DNA from: Myxococcales bacterium
Lineage (GTDB): Bacteria; Myxococcota_A; Polyangia; Polyangiales; DASUME01
Assembly: GCA_047601445.1 (NCBI GenBank)
Contig: JASGJH010000001.1
Coordinates: 3,872,001-3,936,000, forward strand
Length of the DNA: 64,000 bases
Direction of reading: 5' to 3'
Part shown: piece after piece, positions 1 through 8,807 of the stretch
Numbering within the stretch: the first letter of the stretch is position 1
Layout of the letters: each line of letters opens with the position of its first letter
Made by a program: the position numbers and the translations under genes
Notes under the pieces: generated by a model
Seen by the model: only the letters and a program-made list of their open reading frames with translations
What the model was told of the DNA's origin: nothing
Databases searched by the model: none

Positions 1-2
1 CC

Positions 3-1325
3 CCGGCCACCTCTCTCGAGCCCCAGTCGCAGCAGGTCCCTGGCTCGCATGGCACCCACGTAGCGAGCATCGCCGCCGGTAACCGTGGAGTCTGCGCCAA
101 GGCCGACATCGCGGCAGTGCTGATCTCCATGGGCCACGAGCAGGCCGATGAGCGCTCCTCCTTCTACGATTCGAGCCGCTTGCTCCACGCGGTGGAGTAT
201 CTGGTGGCGCTCGCGGAGAAGCGCAAGCAACCCCTGAGCATCAACATCAGCCTCGGCACCAATGGCCACGCCCACGACGGCTCGAGCGTGCTGTCTCGCT
301 GGCTCGATTCGATGCTGGCAAAGCCAGGGCTCAGCCTGTGCGCGGCCGCCGGCAACGCTGGACAGGAGAAGGCCGAGCGCGAGGATGACCTGGGGTTCGT
401 GATGGGGCGCATCCATACCAGCGGGCGCATCCCGAGCGCAGGGCTCGACATGAATATCGGTTGGATCGTGGTGGGCAACGGCAAGGCCGACCTCTCGGAA
501 AACGAGCTCCACATCTGGCACAGCGCCCAGGATCGCTTTTCGATCTCCATCAAGCCGCCCGGAGGCGCGCCGTGGATCGGTCCGGTGAAGCCCGGTGAGT
601 ACATCGAGAACCGCGAGCTGCCCGACGGAACGTTCGTAAGCATCTACAACGAGCCCTATCACCCAGCCAACGGCGAGAACCTGATCGGGTGCTACCTGAC
701 TCCATTCTTCTCCAAGCAGGGCTCCACCGGTGTCACCGCAGGGGAGTGGACGGTGCAACTGCACGGCCTGGAAGTGCGGGACGGGCACTATCACGCATGG
801 ATCGAGCGCGACGATCCCAGGCGCATCGGCACCGTGGGCGACAAGGAAGCCTGGACCTTTCCCTCGTTCTTCAGCGAGTCCTCGAGCGTCGACAACTCGA
901 GCATCAACTCCCTCGCCTGTACGCACTTCGTGTTGAGCGTCGGGAACCTCGACGAGGCCGTCAATCGCATCAACATCACCAGTAGCCAGGGACCCACCCG
1001 GGACGGTCGCGCCAAGCCCGACCTCGCGGCGCCTGGCACCAACATCGTGGCCGCCAAGGGCTTTGCGGGCGCGGACGATCTTTGGGTAAGCATGTCCGGC
1101 ACGAGCATGGCCAGTCCCATGGTGGCAGGCGTGGTGGGCCTGATGCTCTCGGTGGCCCCTTCCCTCACTGCCGCCCAGGTCCGCGGCATCATGCGCCGCA
1201 CCGCCCGTCCACTGCCCGGCGCCGGCTACACCTGGCTCAACGACGCGGGCTACGGCGTGATTCGGCCCCAGGAAGCCATCGAGGAGGCCGCCAACTTCTC
1301 GCGTCGAAAGGACATCACCCGATGA
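3..1325 (+). CDS. S8 family (subtilase) serine peptidase, 5'-truncated by window edge
   Basis: Frame is open from base 3: catalytic His motif HGTHVASIAAG (bases ~48-80), oxyanion AAAGN, SSQGPTRDGRAKPDLAAPG and catalytic Ser GTSMASP. A long beta-rich insertion lies between the Asn and Ser motifs, as in CspA-like subtilases. Confidence 0.93.
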   Translation, partial: PATSLEPQSQQVPGSHGTHVASIAAGNRGVCAKADIAAVLISMGHEQADERSSFYDSSRLLHAVEYLVALAEKRKQPLSINISLGTNGHAHDGSSVLSRWLDSMLAKPGLSLCAAAGNAGQEKAEREDDLGFVMGRIHTSGRIPSAGLDMNIGWIVVGNGKADLSENELHIWHSAQDRFSISIKPPGGAPWIGPVKPGEYIENRELPDGTFVSIYNEPYHPANGENLIGCYLTPFFSKQGSTGVTAGEWTVQLHGLEVRDGHYHAWIERDDPRRIGTVGDKEAWTFPSFFSESSSVDNSSINSLACTHFVLSVGNLDEAVNRINITSSQGPTRDGRAKPDLAAPGTNIVAAKGFAGADDLWVSMSGTSMASPMVAGVVGLMLSVAPSLTAAQVRGIMRRTARPLPGAGYTWLNDAGYGVIRPQEAIEEAANFSRRKDITR

Positions 1326-2651
1326 TGAAGCTCGAGGTCTTTCGCTCGGACAAGGGCGACTGCCTGCTGATCACGACCAGCGATCAAAAGCGGCTCCTCG
1401 TGGACGGCGGCATGAAGACGTCGTTCAGCGCGTACGTGGCGCCCGCCCTGAGCAAGCTCAAGCCCGCCAAGCTCGACGCGGTCTACGTGTCGCACATCGA
1501 CGCGGACCACATCGCCGGGATCCTCGAAATTGTTCGACAACATGCTGGCCTGGCGCGTCCACGACTTCCAGATCAAGTCCGGCAACGCCAAGCACAAAGC
1601 GCCCAAGAGCCCCCGGCCGCCCAAGGTCGACCAACTCTGGCACAACGCGTTCCATGAGTTGCTCAAGGAGAACGCGGGGGAAATCAAGGACATGCTCGCG
1701 GCCGTGGCGGACTCCTTCACGGACACGCCCAGGAAGGTCGAGAAGCTCGTGAAGGAGCTGCACGAGGACCTCGCCACGAGCGTGACGCAGGCCCTCGATC
1801 TGGCACGCCGAGCGCGCGTGCCGGAGCTCGGTGTCAAGGTCAATGCCCCCGCCAAGGGCAAGCTGATGCTGGTGCGCAAGAACCAGCAGCCCTTCAAGCT
1901 CGGCAAGTTGACGCTGCATGTACTCGGCCCCTCGCAGACCGACCTCGACCACTTGCGTGTCGAATGGAACGATTGGCTGCGTACCCACAAGGAGCAGCTG
2001 AAGCAGGTGCGCGAGCGCGCCTCGAAGGCCGAGAAGGACCTCGGCAACTCGGCCCAGAGCATCGTCAACGTGGAGGCGGCCACGCTCACGGGAATGCGAG
2101 ATTTCGTGCTGCAGCGCCAGAAGAACCTCGCGACGGCTGCCACGCAGCAAAAGCTCGGAGAGCGGACGGCCGTGACGACGCCCAACTTGGCTTCTCTGAT
2201 GCTGCTCGCCGAGGACGGAACGCGCAGCGTGCTCCTCACGGGCGACGGACATGCGGACGACCTCATCAAGGGCCTGCGCAGCATCGGCAAGCTCAACGGC
2301 TCCGGGCTCCACCTGGACGTCCTCAAGGTGCAGCACCACGGCTCCGAGCACAACATGACGCAGGACTTCGCTCGGAACGTCACGGCCGATCACTACGTGT
2401 TCTGCGGGAACGGCTTCTCGACCAACCCCGAGCTCATCGTCATCCAGACCCTGGTCGACGCGCGCCTCGCCGGCTTCGGACCGAACCGACCGTTCAAGCT
2501 CTGGTTCAACGCCAGCCCGAGCGACAAAGGCAAGTACCAGGCTCACATGAAGCAGGTCAAGCAGCTGGTGGACGGCATCGCGAAGGCCAACAAGCGGGTC
2601 AAGGTCGAGTTCATGGCGGCCAACAAAGCGAGCTTTCGCGTGCTGGTTTGA
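1322..2651 (+). CDS. MBL-fold metallo-hydrolase (ComEC/Avs1a-like); +1 frameshift at ~1527-1529
   Basis: ATG overlaps the S8 stop (ATGA). Frame 1 gives GDCLLI, LLVDGG and SHIDADHI (HxDxDH). Removing one A from GAAATTG joins ORF 1530..2651, which carries LLTGDGH and LKVQHHGS. Confidence 0.88.
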
Positions 2652-2652
2652 T

Positions 2653-2674
2653 GGGGAGGGCACGGGTCCTCCCC
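2653..2674 (+). terminator. GC-rich hairpin directly after the MBL stop
   Basis: GGGGAGGGC-ACGG-GTCCTCCCC stem with one G:U pair; no U-tract. Confidence 0.35.
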
Positions 2675-2727
2675 CGCACCCGTACGGAAAGACGGCCCCG
2701 CTCGTCCCCATATGCCAACCTTGGCCC

Positions 2728-3426
2728 ATGTCTCGGGCTTCTCGTCTCCTCGACCTCCTCCAGGTGCTGCGCCGACACAAGGCTCCCATCGCGGGTCCTG
2801 CCCTGGCCCAGGAGCTCGGCGTCTCCATTCGCACGCTCTACCGCGACATCGCCACGCTGCAGGCCCAGGGCGCGGATATCCAGGGCGAGCCGGGTCTCGG
2901 CTACGTGCTGCGCCCGGGTTTCACGCTGCCACCGTTGATGTTCTCGGGCGACGAGCTCGAGGCGCTCGCGCTCGGAGCGCGCTGGGTCTCCGCGCGCGCT
3001 GACACGCGCCTGGGCGGCGCCGCCGACAATGCCATCGCGAAGATCCGCGCAGTGTTGCCGCGGGAGCTACGCGAGAGCATCGATGCCGCCACCATGACCG
3101 TCCCGGCGCCCTCGGAGGTCGCGCAGCCCAGCGTGGACGTGACCCTGATCCGCCGGGCCATTCGCCACGAGCACAAGTTGGTGCTCACCTACCGCGACAA
3201 GGACGACAAGAGCACGACGCGCGTGATTTGGCCGCTGCTGATCGGCGTGTTCGACCGCGTGCTGGTGGTGCCTGCGTGGTGCGAACTGCGCAAGGACTAC
3301 CGGGGGTTTCGCGTGGATCGCATGCTGAAGCTGACGCCCACGGACACGCCGTTTCCGCGCAAGCGGGCCGCCATGCTCCAGGAGTGGCGGGAGCGGGAGG
3401 GCATCGCCACCACTGCCAAAAACTGA
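2728..3426 (+). CDS. YafY-family HTH + WYL domain transcriptional regulator
   Basis: MSRASRLLDLLQVL..LAQELGVSIRTLYRDIATL HTH, GEPGLGY, LPPLMF, and WYL-domain WCELRKDYRGFRVDRM. Confidence 0.95.
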   Translation: MSRASRLLDLLQVLRRHKAPIAGPALAQELGVSIRTLYRDIATLQAQGADIQGEPGLGYVLRPGFTLPPLMFSGDELEALALGARWVSARADTRLGGAADNAIAKIRAVLPRELRESIDAATMTVPAPSEVAQPSVDVTLIRRAIRHEHKLVLTYRDKDDKSTTRVIWPLLIGVFDRVLVVPAWCELRKDYRGFRVDRMLKLTPTDTPFPRKRAAMLQEWREREGIATTAKN

Positions 3427-3429
3427 CAG
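3413..3429 (+). promoter_or_regulatory. Putative WYL-regulator binding site CTGCCA-N4-CTGACAG
   Basis: Imperfect direct repeat overlapping the yafY-like stop, ~55 nt upstream of the VOC gene. Confidence 0.55.
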
Positions 3430-3483
3430 CGGGCCGGGTCACACCATGGTCATCAGCTGCTCGCGAAGGCGCGGGCAGACACC

Positions 3484-3871
3484 ATGGAGAATCCGATGCG
3501 AACCCTCGACTACATCCTCTTGGCCGTGAAGAACCCCCGCGAGAGCGCGCAGCTCTACAGCAAGCTGCTCGGGTGCGAGCCGGTGGAGAACTCGGACACC
3601 TTCGTGCTCTTCGTACTCCCCTCGGGACCGAAGCTCGGTCTGTGGATCGAGAGTCAGGTCGAACCCAAGCCCAAGGCCGCAGGCGGCGTGGAGCTCTCGT
3701 TCTCGGTGCAGAGTCGCGAAGCGGTGTTGCGCACTTACGAAGAGTGGACCGGACTTGGCCTGAATGTGTTGCAAGCGCCCACGCAGATGGACTTCGGCTT
3801 TACTTTCGTGGTCGAAGATCCGGACGGAACATCGCCTGAGGCCGTTCGTGTTGGCCGCCGATCCGCGTTGA
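3484..3871 (+). CDS. VOC/glyoxalase-bleomycin resistance family protein; +1 frameshift at ~3828
   Basis: LLAVKNPRESAQLYSKLLG..PTQMDFGFTFVVEDPDG. Removing one A at 3828-3829 restores DPDGHRLRPF and a TGA at 3869-3871. Confidence 0.88.
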
Positions 3872-4115
3872 AGACACCCGTGAAAACCTGCGGATATCGC
3901 GGGCTAATCGCAGCGACCTCGCAATGCGCTTGCGCGAGCAACCGCGCTTGCGCCGAGCACTGCGCAACGGCTCTTGCGCCCGCAGATTAGGCACAAAACA
4001 AATTGACTACCGCGTCGTGCGTGCGCCATGTTCGTTGCAACGAGCGACTTACCAGAGTCGCGCGCTTTTTCGAACACAACTTCTATTTCTTCCGCGGGCT
4101 CGGCGGGCGAAAGGG

Positions 4116-5372
4116 ATGGTTATGTCCAGCGCACAGGTGCGAGCACCTTCTCATTTGGTGAACGTCATCAGCGAAAGTGTCCAGCGCGGTGTGGACGCTG
4201 GCGTGCTCATGCAGCGCGCCACGCAGGAGACCTACCACGGTCGCCACGTCGACATCGAGGGAGCGCAACTGCTGAATTTCGGGGGTTGCAGCTATCTTGG
4301 GCTCGAGCAGCGCGAGGAGCTTCGCACCGGGGCCATCGAGGCCATCCGCCGCTACGGCACACAGTTCTCGTTCTCGCGCGCTTACCTCGAGTCGCCGCTC
4401 TACAGAGAGCTCGAGGACCATCTCGATCGGTTGACCGGCGGCTTCACGCTGGTGAGTGCCTCGACCTCACTCGGACACCTCGCGACGCTGCCCGTCATCA
4501 TTGCTGAAGGCGACGCGGTGGTGGTAGACCGCTCCGGCCACGCGAGCCTGCATATGGCTCTCTCTGTGCTCAAGGGCGTCCACCTGGAATCGGTTGCCCA
4601 CAACGACATGGCGGCGCTCGAAGCGCGGGTCGTGGAGCTGAGCGCACGACACGAGCGTGTGTGGTACGTGCTGGATGGGCTGTACTCGATGCTGGGCGAC
4701 TTCGCCCCTTACGCGCAGATTGACGCGCTCCTCTCGCGCCATCCCCAGCTCTCGCTGTACGTGGACGACGCCCATGCGACGTCCTGGATGGGGCTGCACG
4801 GGCGCGGCTCGGCGCTGGGACAACTCGTGAATGCCGACCGGATGGTCGTGGCGCTGTCGCTCAACAAGGCCTTCGCGGCGGCCGGTGGCGCCATCGTGTT
4901 TCCGAGCCAGGAGCTGCGTGACCGAGTGCGTCAGTGCGGGGGCCCGATGTTGTTCTCGGGCCCCGTGCAGCCGCCCATGCTCGGCGCCGCGCTGGCCTCG
5001 GCCAAGCTCCACCTCGAGCCCTCGTTCGGGCACCTGCAGGCCGCGCTCATGGAGCGCATCCAGCTCATGAACACGCTATGCGCCGAAGCCGGCGTACCGC
5101 TGGTGAACCACGCCAAGAGCCCCATTTTCTTCGTGCGCTGTGGTCCGCTCGACGACACGTTCCGGCTGCTACACGCGATGCGCGAGCGCGGCTTCTTCGC
5201 CTGCGCCGGCATGTTCCCGGCCGTGCCACACGACAAGTCCGGCCCGCGCTTCACGGTGTCCACTCACAACACGGAGGAGGATATCCGGGCGTTCGTGGGG
5301 GCGCTGGCGCGGGAAGCGAGGGCGGTGAGGGTAAGGTTCCTTGATTTGGCGGGTGGGGCGGCGGTGGTTTGA
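4116..5372 (+). CDS. PLP-dependent alpha-oxoamine synthase family enzyme (BioF/SPT-like, aminotransferase class I/II fold)
   Basis: NFGGCSYLGL, HASL, HNDM, DGLYSMLGD, DDAHA, PLP-lysine SLNKAF, FPAVP, RFTVSTHNTEEDI. Start chosen at ATG 4116 or 4122. Confidence 0.88.
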   Translation: MVMSSAQVRAPSHLVNVISESVQRGVDAGVLMQRATQETYHGRHVDIEGAQLLNFGGCSYLGLEQREELRTGAIEAIRRYGTQFSFSRAYLESPLYRELEDHLDRLTGGFTLVSASTSLGHLATLPVIIAEGDAVVVDRSGHASLHMALSVLKGVHLESVAHNDMAALEARVVELSARHERVWYVLDGLYSMLGDFAPYAQIDALLSRHPQLSLYVDDAHATSWMGLHGRGSALGQLVNADRMVVALSLNKAFAAAGGAIVFPSQELRDRVRQCGGPMLFSGPVQPPMLGAALASAKLHLEPSFGHLQAALMERIQLMNTLCAEAGVPLVNHAKSPIFFVRCGPLDDTFRLLHAMRERGFFACAGMFPAVPHDKSGPRFTVSTHNTEEDIRAFVGALAREARAVRVRFLDLAGGAAVV

Positions 5373-5397
5373 GAAGAGGGGCGGGAGACGAGAAGGG

Positions 5398-5611
<214 letters not shown>

Positions 5612-5653
5612 AAGTCCCAGCCCCTCCGTCAACGCCCAACAAGGCCCAACAAC

Positions 5654-6833
5654 CTAGAACAGAATCCACTTCCGTCACCGTAAACGGCAGGTCGAAGGCA
5701 TCCCCTTCCGAAGCGTCGTTGGTGATGGGGGTGAGGTGCTGCTGGTTGGAGACCACGATCAGAGCCGACTTTCCGAGCACCGCGGGTAGGAACGCGGTGG
5801 AGGACGGGAAGTTGAAGAGCTCCGGATCGTCCGCGATGACCTGACGACGTCCGTTGCGAGTGTCTACTCGGATCAAACGCAGCTGCAGTGAGTCCGCCGC
5901 GTAGAGGTAGGGATCACTGGGCTCGTTGGGATTGAAGGCCAGGGCGAGCAGCTGCTCCACCGGCACATTGGCTGGCTTGGCCGACACCAAGCTGATGTCC
6001 GCGGCGCGCGCATGGGGTGCACGGCCGTCGAAGAAGACCGACAGAGGCACCTTGAACAGGCCCTCCGCGCACGGGTTATAGAAGAACAGGTTGCCGCCTC
6101 GCACTGCCAGCGGAGAGACGCCAGGCAAGGTGCTCCCCGAGAAGAGGAACGGCACGCCCCCCACGGTGATGAGCGGCATGGTGTCGCAGAAAGCGAGCTT
6201 CTCGATTTGATCCTCGGGCGCCATGCTTTCGGGCACGATGCCGGGTTTCACGGTACCGTCGCTGTCCACGAGCCAGATGGCTCCCAGCACCGCGTCCGAC
6301 AGCAAGTAGCGGCCGTTGCCCAGATAGGCGATGTCTTCGGCGAAGCCCACCAACACGTCCTCGAAGGAGACCACGCGCTCGAGGGTGGCGTGGAAGCCGC
6401 CCGTGAAGCTGTAGGAGTACTCGTAGATGCGCGGGTTGGCGGGCTCGAAGGGCAGCGGGCTCGGCAGACCGCCAGCGTCGAGCACGGCCATTCGCCGTGG
6501 ACCAATTTGATGCATCATGAACGGCAAGATGAAGCCGTCGGGAGGCTGCGGAAGCTCGCCGATTTGCAGGTTGCCCACGCGCGACATCGCGAGCACCCGC
6601 CCCTCGAGTGGCGAGCCCACGAAGAGCACCTGATTGTCACCGGCCACGCCTGCGGGCAAGTTGGGTAAGGTCGCGATCGGATGCACGAGCGCACGCGGTG
6701 TGATCTCGACCTTGAGATCCTCCTGGGTGCCCTGCACCGCGGGCCCCGAGCTTTCGCTCGGCGCTGGATCCGCGCATCCCACGAGCAATCCCAAGCAAGC
6801 ACCGAACAACCAGCCAGCTTTCAGCAAAGACAT
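5654..6833 (-). CDS. Secreted lipoprotein, probable beta-propeller (SMP-30/gluconolactonase-like)
   Basis: Lipobox LLVGC; blade-like motifs (FAEDIAYLGNGRYLLSDAVLGAIWLVD, YLYAADSLQLRLIRVD, FNFPSSTAF). Removing one base at 5666-5667 gives ..VTEVILF* ending at 5654; otherwise the ORF reads through the repeat to 5436. Confidence 0.7.
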
Positions 6834-6930
6834 GGGACAACCTCCGCTTCCGTGCACCGGACACACCTCGACGCCGCGTGCCGACGTGGCCGCAATTCGC
6901 GACGAGAAATTCAGAACGCGAGCGAACTTG

Positions 6931-7443
6931 CTAGCGTTCAGAAACCTGCTGGAGCTTGGGCGCGAGCTGAGCGCGCAAGTTCTCCACGTGGCGCGAGAGA
7001 GCGAGCGGATCGATCGGCATGTGCGTGGCGATCCAGGCCGTGGCCTCGCTGACCGTGGCGAAGTAGGAGACCGGAGACTTACGGTTGCGCACGAGAAGCG
7101 TGATGCCCGAGAGCACACTGCGCGTGAGAGCGGCCTTGAAGCCGGCACCCTCGATCACGCCAGCGGTGCAGGCGAGGTCGGACTGGAAGCCTTCGAGCAT
7201 TTGCGTCGAGGCCTTGCGCAGCTCCTCCGAGGGCGGCTTGGTGTCCGCTTCCACGACGCAGACGAAGGCGGCGTTGGGTCGATGCTTACGCACCACACGC
7301 TCGAGCCCCATGCGCTGCTGCTCGAAGCGTTCGCGAGTGACCTCATCTCGCCAGATCACGACGCACAGTGGACCGACTTCCCCCACGATGACGCCATCGC
7401 CGGAATACAACACGCTGACAGGTAGCGAAAGGTTGGGTGCCAT
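6931..7443 (-). CDS. Hypothetical protein, myxobacterial STAS/SEC14-like alpha/beta domain
   Basis: LCVVIW..FVCVVEADTKPPSEELRK..AGVIEGAGFKAALTRSVLSGI..YFATVSEATAWI; similar to the C-terminus of the kinase at 21385. Confidence 0.7.
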   Translation of the reverse strand: MAPNLSLPVSVLYSGDGVIVGEVGPLCVVIWRDEVTRERFEQQRMGLERVVRKHRPNAAFVCVVEADTKPPSEELRKASTQMLEGFQSDLACTAGVIEGAGFKAALTRSVLSGITLLVRNRKSPVSYFATVSEATAWIATHMPIDPLALSRHVENLRAQLAPKLQQVSER

Positions 7444-7739
7444 CGGCGCTCGGTCTCCAAAAGCCCGATCGATCCTAACCCTGTGTGGCCGCACTAGAGA
7501 AGTCTCACCTGGCAAAAAAGATTGAGGAATTGTACCGGCCCGACTGAGCCGCAACAGGGCTTGCTGGCGACCCGAGTGACGCGCGAAAGCTCTGCCAAAT
7601 CAACGCGCGGACATTCGCGCACTGACTCGATACCGCCGTGCTCTAGTCCAGCTACGTCTGCGTGGAAGGAAACCACTGACGGCGGCTCTGGGTGCGCAGC
7701 CGCAGCGCGACGCCACGCACGGCCAGGCCTATTTGAGGC

Positions 7740-8807
7740 TTACGGGACGGCGCACAGCGCACGCGTTTGCCAGGAGGTCGCCTGGTGCTCCTGGTCGCGG
7801 TCGTCGGTAGCGAGGAACCAAAAGCGCACCAAGAGTCCCTCTTTGGGAGGCACGTAGTCGGGCAGCCTCCACTCGAGCTGAAGCACCTGCTCTGCACGCA
7901 CCTGGTTGTCACGGCGAATCTCGAACTTGCCCGCAGAGGATAGCCCCTGCACCCGCGGGATCTCCTCCCTCATGACACGAGGTGCCCCGGGAATGGGCGA
8001 AGGGTCGAGGTAGCTCTCGCGTGCAGCGGCATCGAGCCCGAACTGAAAACCCAGGCGCTCCTTGGAGCGCAGCTCGAGGAAGCCTTTGCCAGCACATCCC
8101 TTGCTCGGATCGGTGGTGGTGGCGTCCGACGTCCACGGCTCGCCCAGCGCGACGTCATCCATGTCCATGGCCTTGGACCAGGTCACCGTCTGGATGACCG
8201 GTGCATGGTTTCGATCTTCGAGGGAGCGCTCGATGGGGATGGGCGCCGCGATCAGCACGCCGTTTTTCGACTTGTCCGCGCAGGGATTGCGGCCGGCCTC
8301 GAGCACGGCAAAGTCTTGCGCAGCGAGCGCAGCCAGCAGCTTGTCGTCGATGGGCCCTCCGGGACACACGATGCCCTGCACGAGGAGCTCGCTCTCGTCG
8401 TCGCGCAGCTCAGGGGCGCTCGGCACGGTGAAGGCAAGCTCAGGAAGTTGCGCCGGCGGCGTCGCGAGCGACGGCTCGAGCCCACTCTGGGCGAGCGGGG
8501 GCAAGGTGGGGTCGCAGTAGGGCGCCCCGTTTTCATCGCGCAAGAAGCGACACACCGCGAGCAGATACGTCCAGGTCGCTTGCACTCCGGGGCTCCCCAC
8601 CAGCAGCTGGTAGTGGGCCGTCTCGCCAGGCGCAGGCGTGACGCGCGGGTCGTCGTCCGAAAGGAACACACGCCCGGCCAACACGCGATCTTTCTCCACC
8701 GTCTCTGGCGAAGGGAAGTCGCCATCGTTGCAGCCGGAGGCGACCAGCATGACGAGCGCCGCGAAGCGACCCAGTCGAGGTGCAGATGTCGCAAGCCGAG
8801 TACACAT
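7740..8807 (-). CDS. Cys-containing lipoprotein partner of the TonB-dependent receptor
   Basis: Lipobox VASGC; RVLA motif near the N-terminus and WFLATDDR near the C-terminus; start overlaps the receptor stop (TGATG). Confidence 0.75.
   Translation of the reverse strand: MCTRLATSAPRLGRFAALVMLVASGCNDGDFPSPETVEKDRVLAGRVFLSDDDPRVTPAPGETAHYQLLVGSPGVQATWTYLLAVCRFLRDENGAPYCDPTLPPLAQSGLEPSLATPPAQLPELAFTVPSAPELRDDESELLVQGIVCPGGPIDDKLLAALAAQDFAVLEAGRNPCADKSKNGVLIAAPIPIERSLEDRNHAPVIQTVTWSKAMDMDDVALGEPWTSDATTTDPSKGCAGKGFLELRSKERLGFQFGLDAAARESYLDPSPIPGAPRVMREEIPRVQGLSSAGKFEIRRDNQVRAEQVLQLEWRLPDYVPPKEGLLVRFWFLATDDRDQEHQATSWQTRALCAVP

Noticed and set aside
1322..2651. Programmed frameshift or true pseudogene in the MBL gene (likewise VOC, DUF5996, FGE, beta-CASP)
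   Set aside because: No slippery heptamer or further decay. Six similar single-base indels in unrelated genes point to sequencing error.
2728..3426. WYL protein as a BrxR/CapW-type defence regulator of the S8-MBL unit
   Set aside because: It is a short YafY-type protein in the usual pairing with a VOC gene, and is separated from the MBL by a hairpin.
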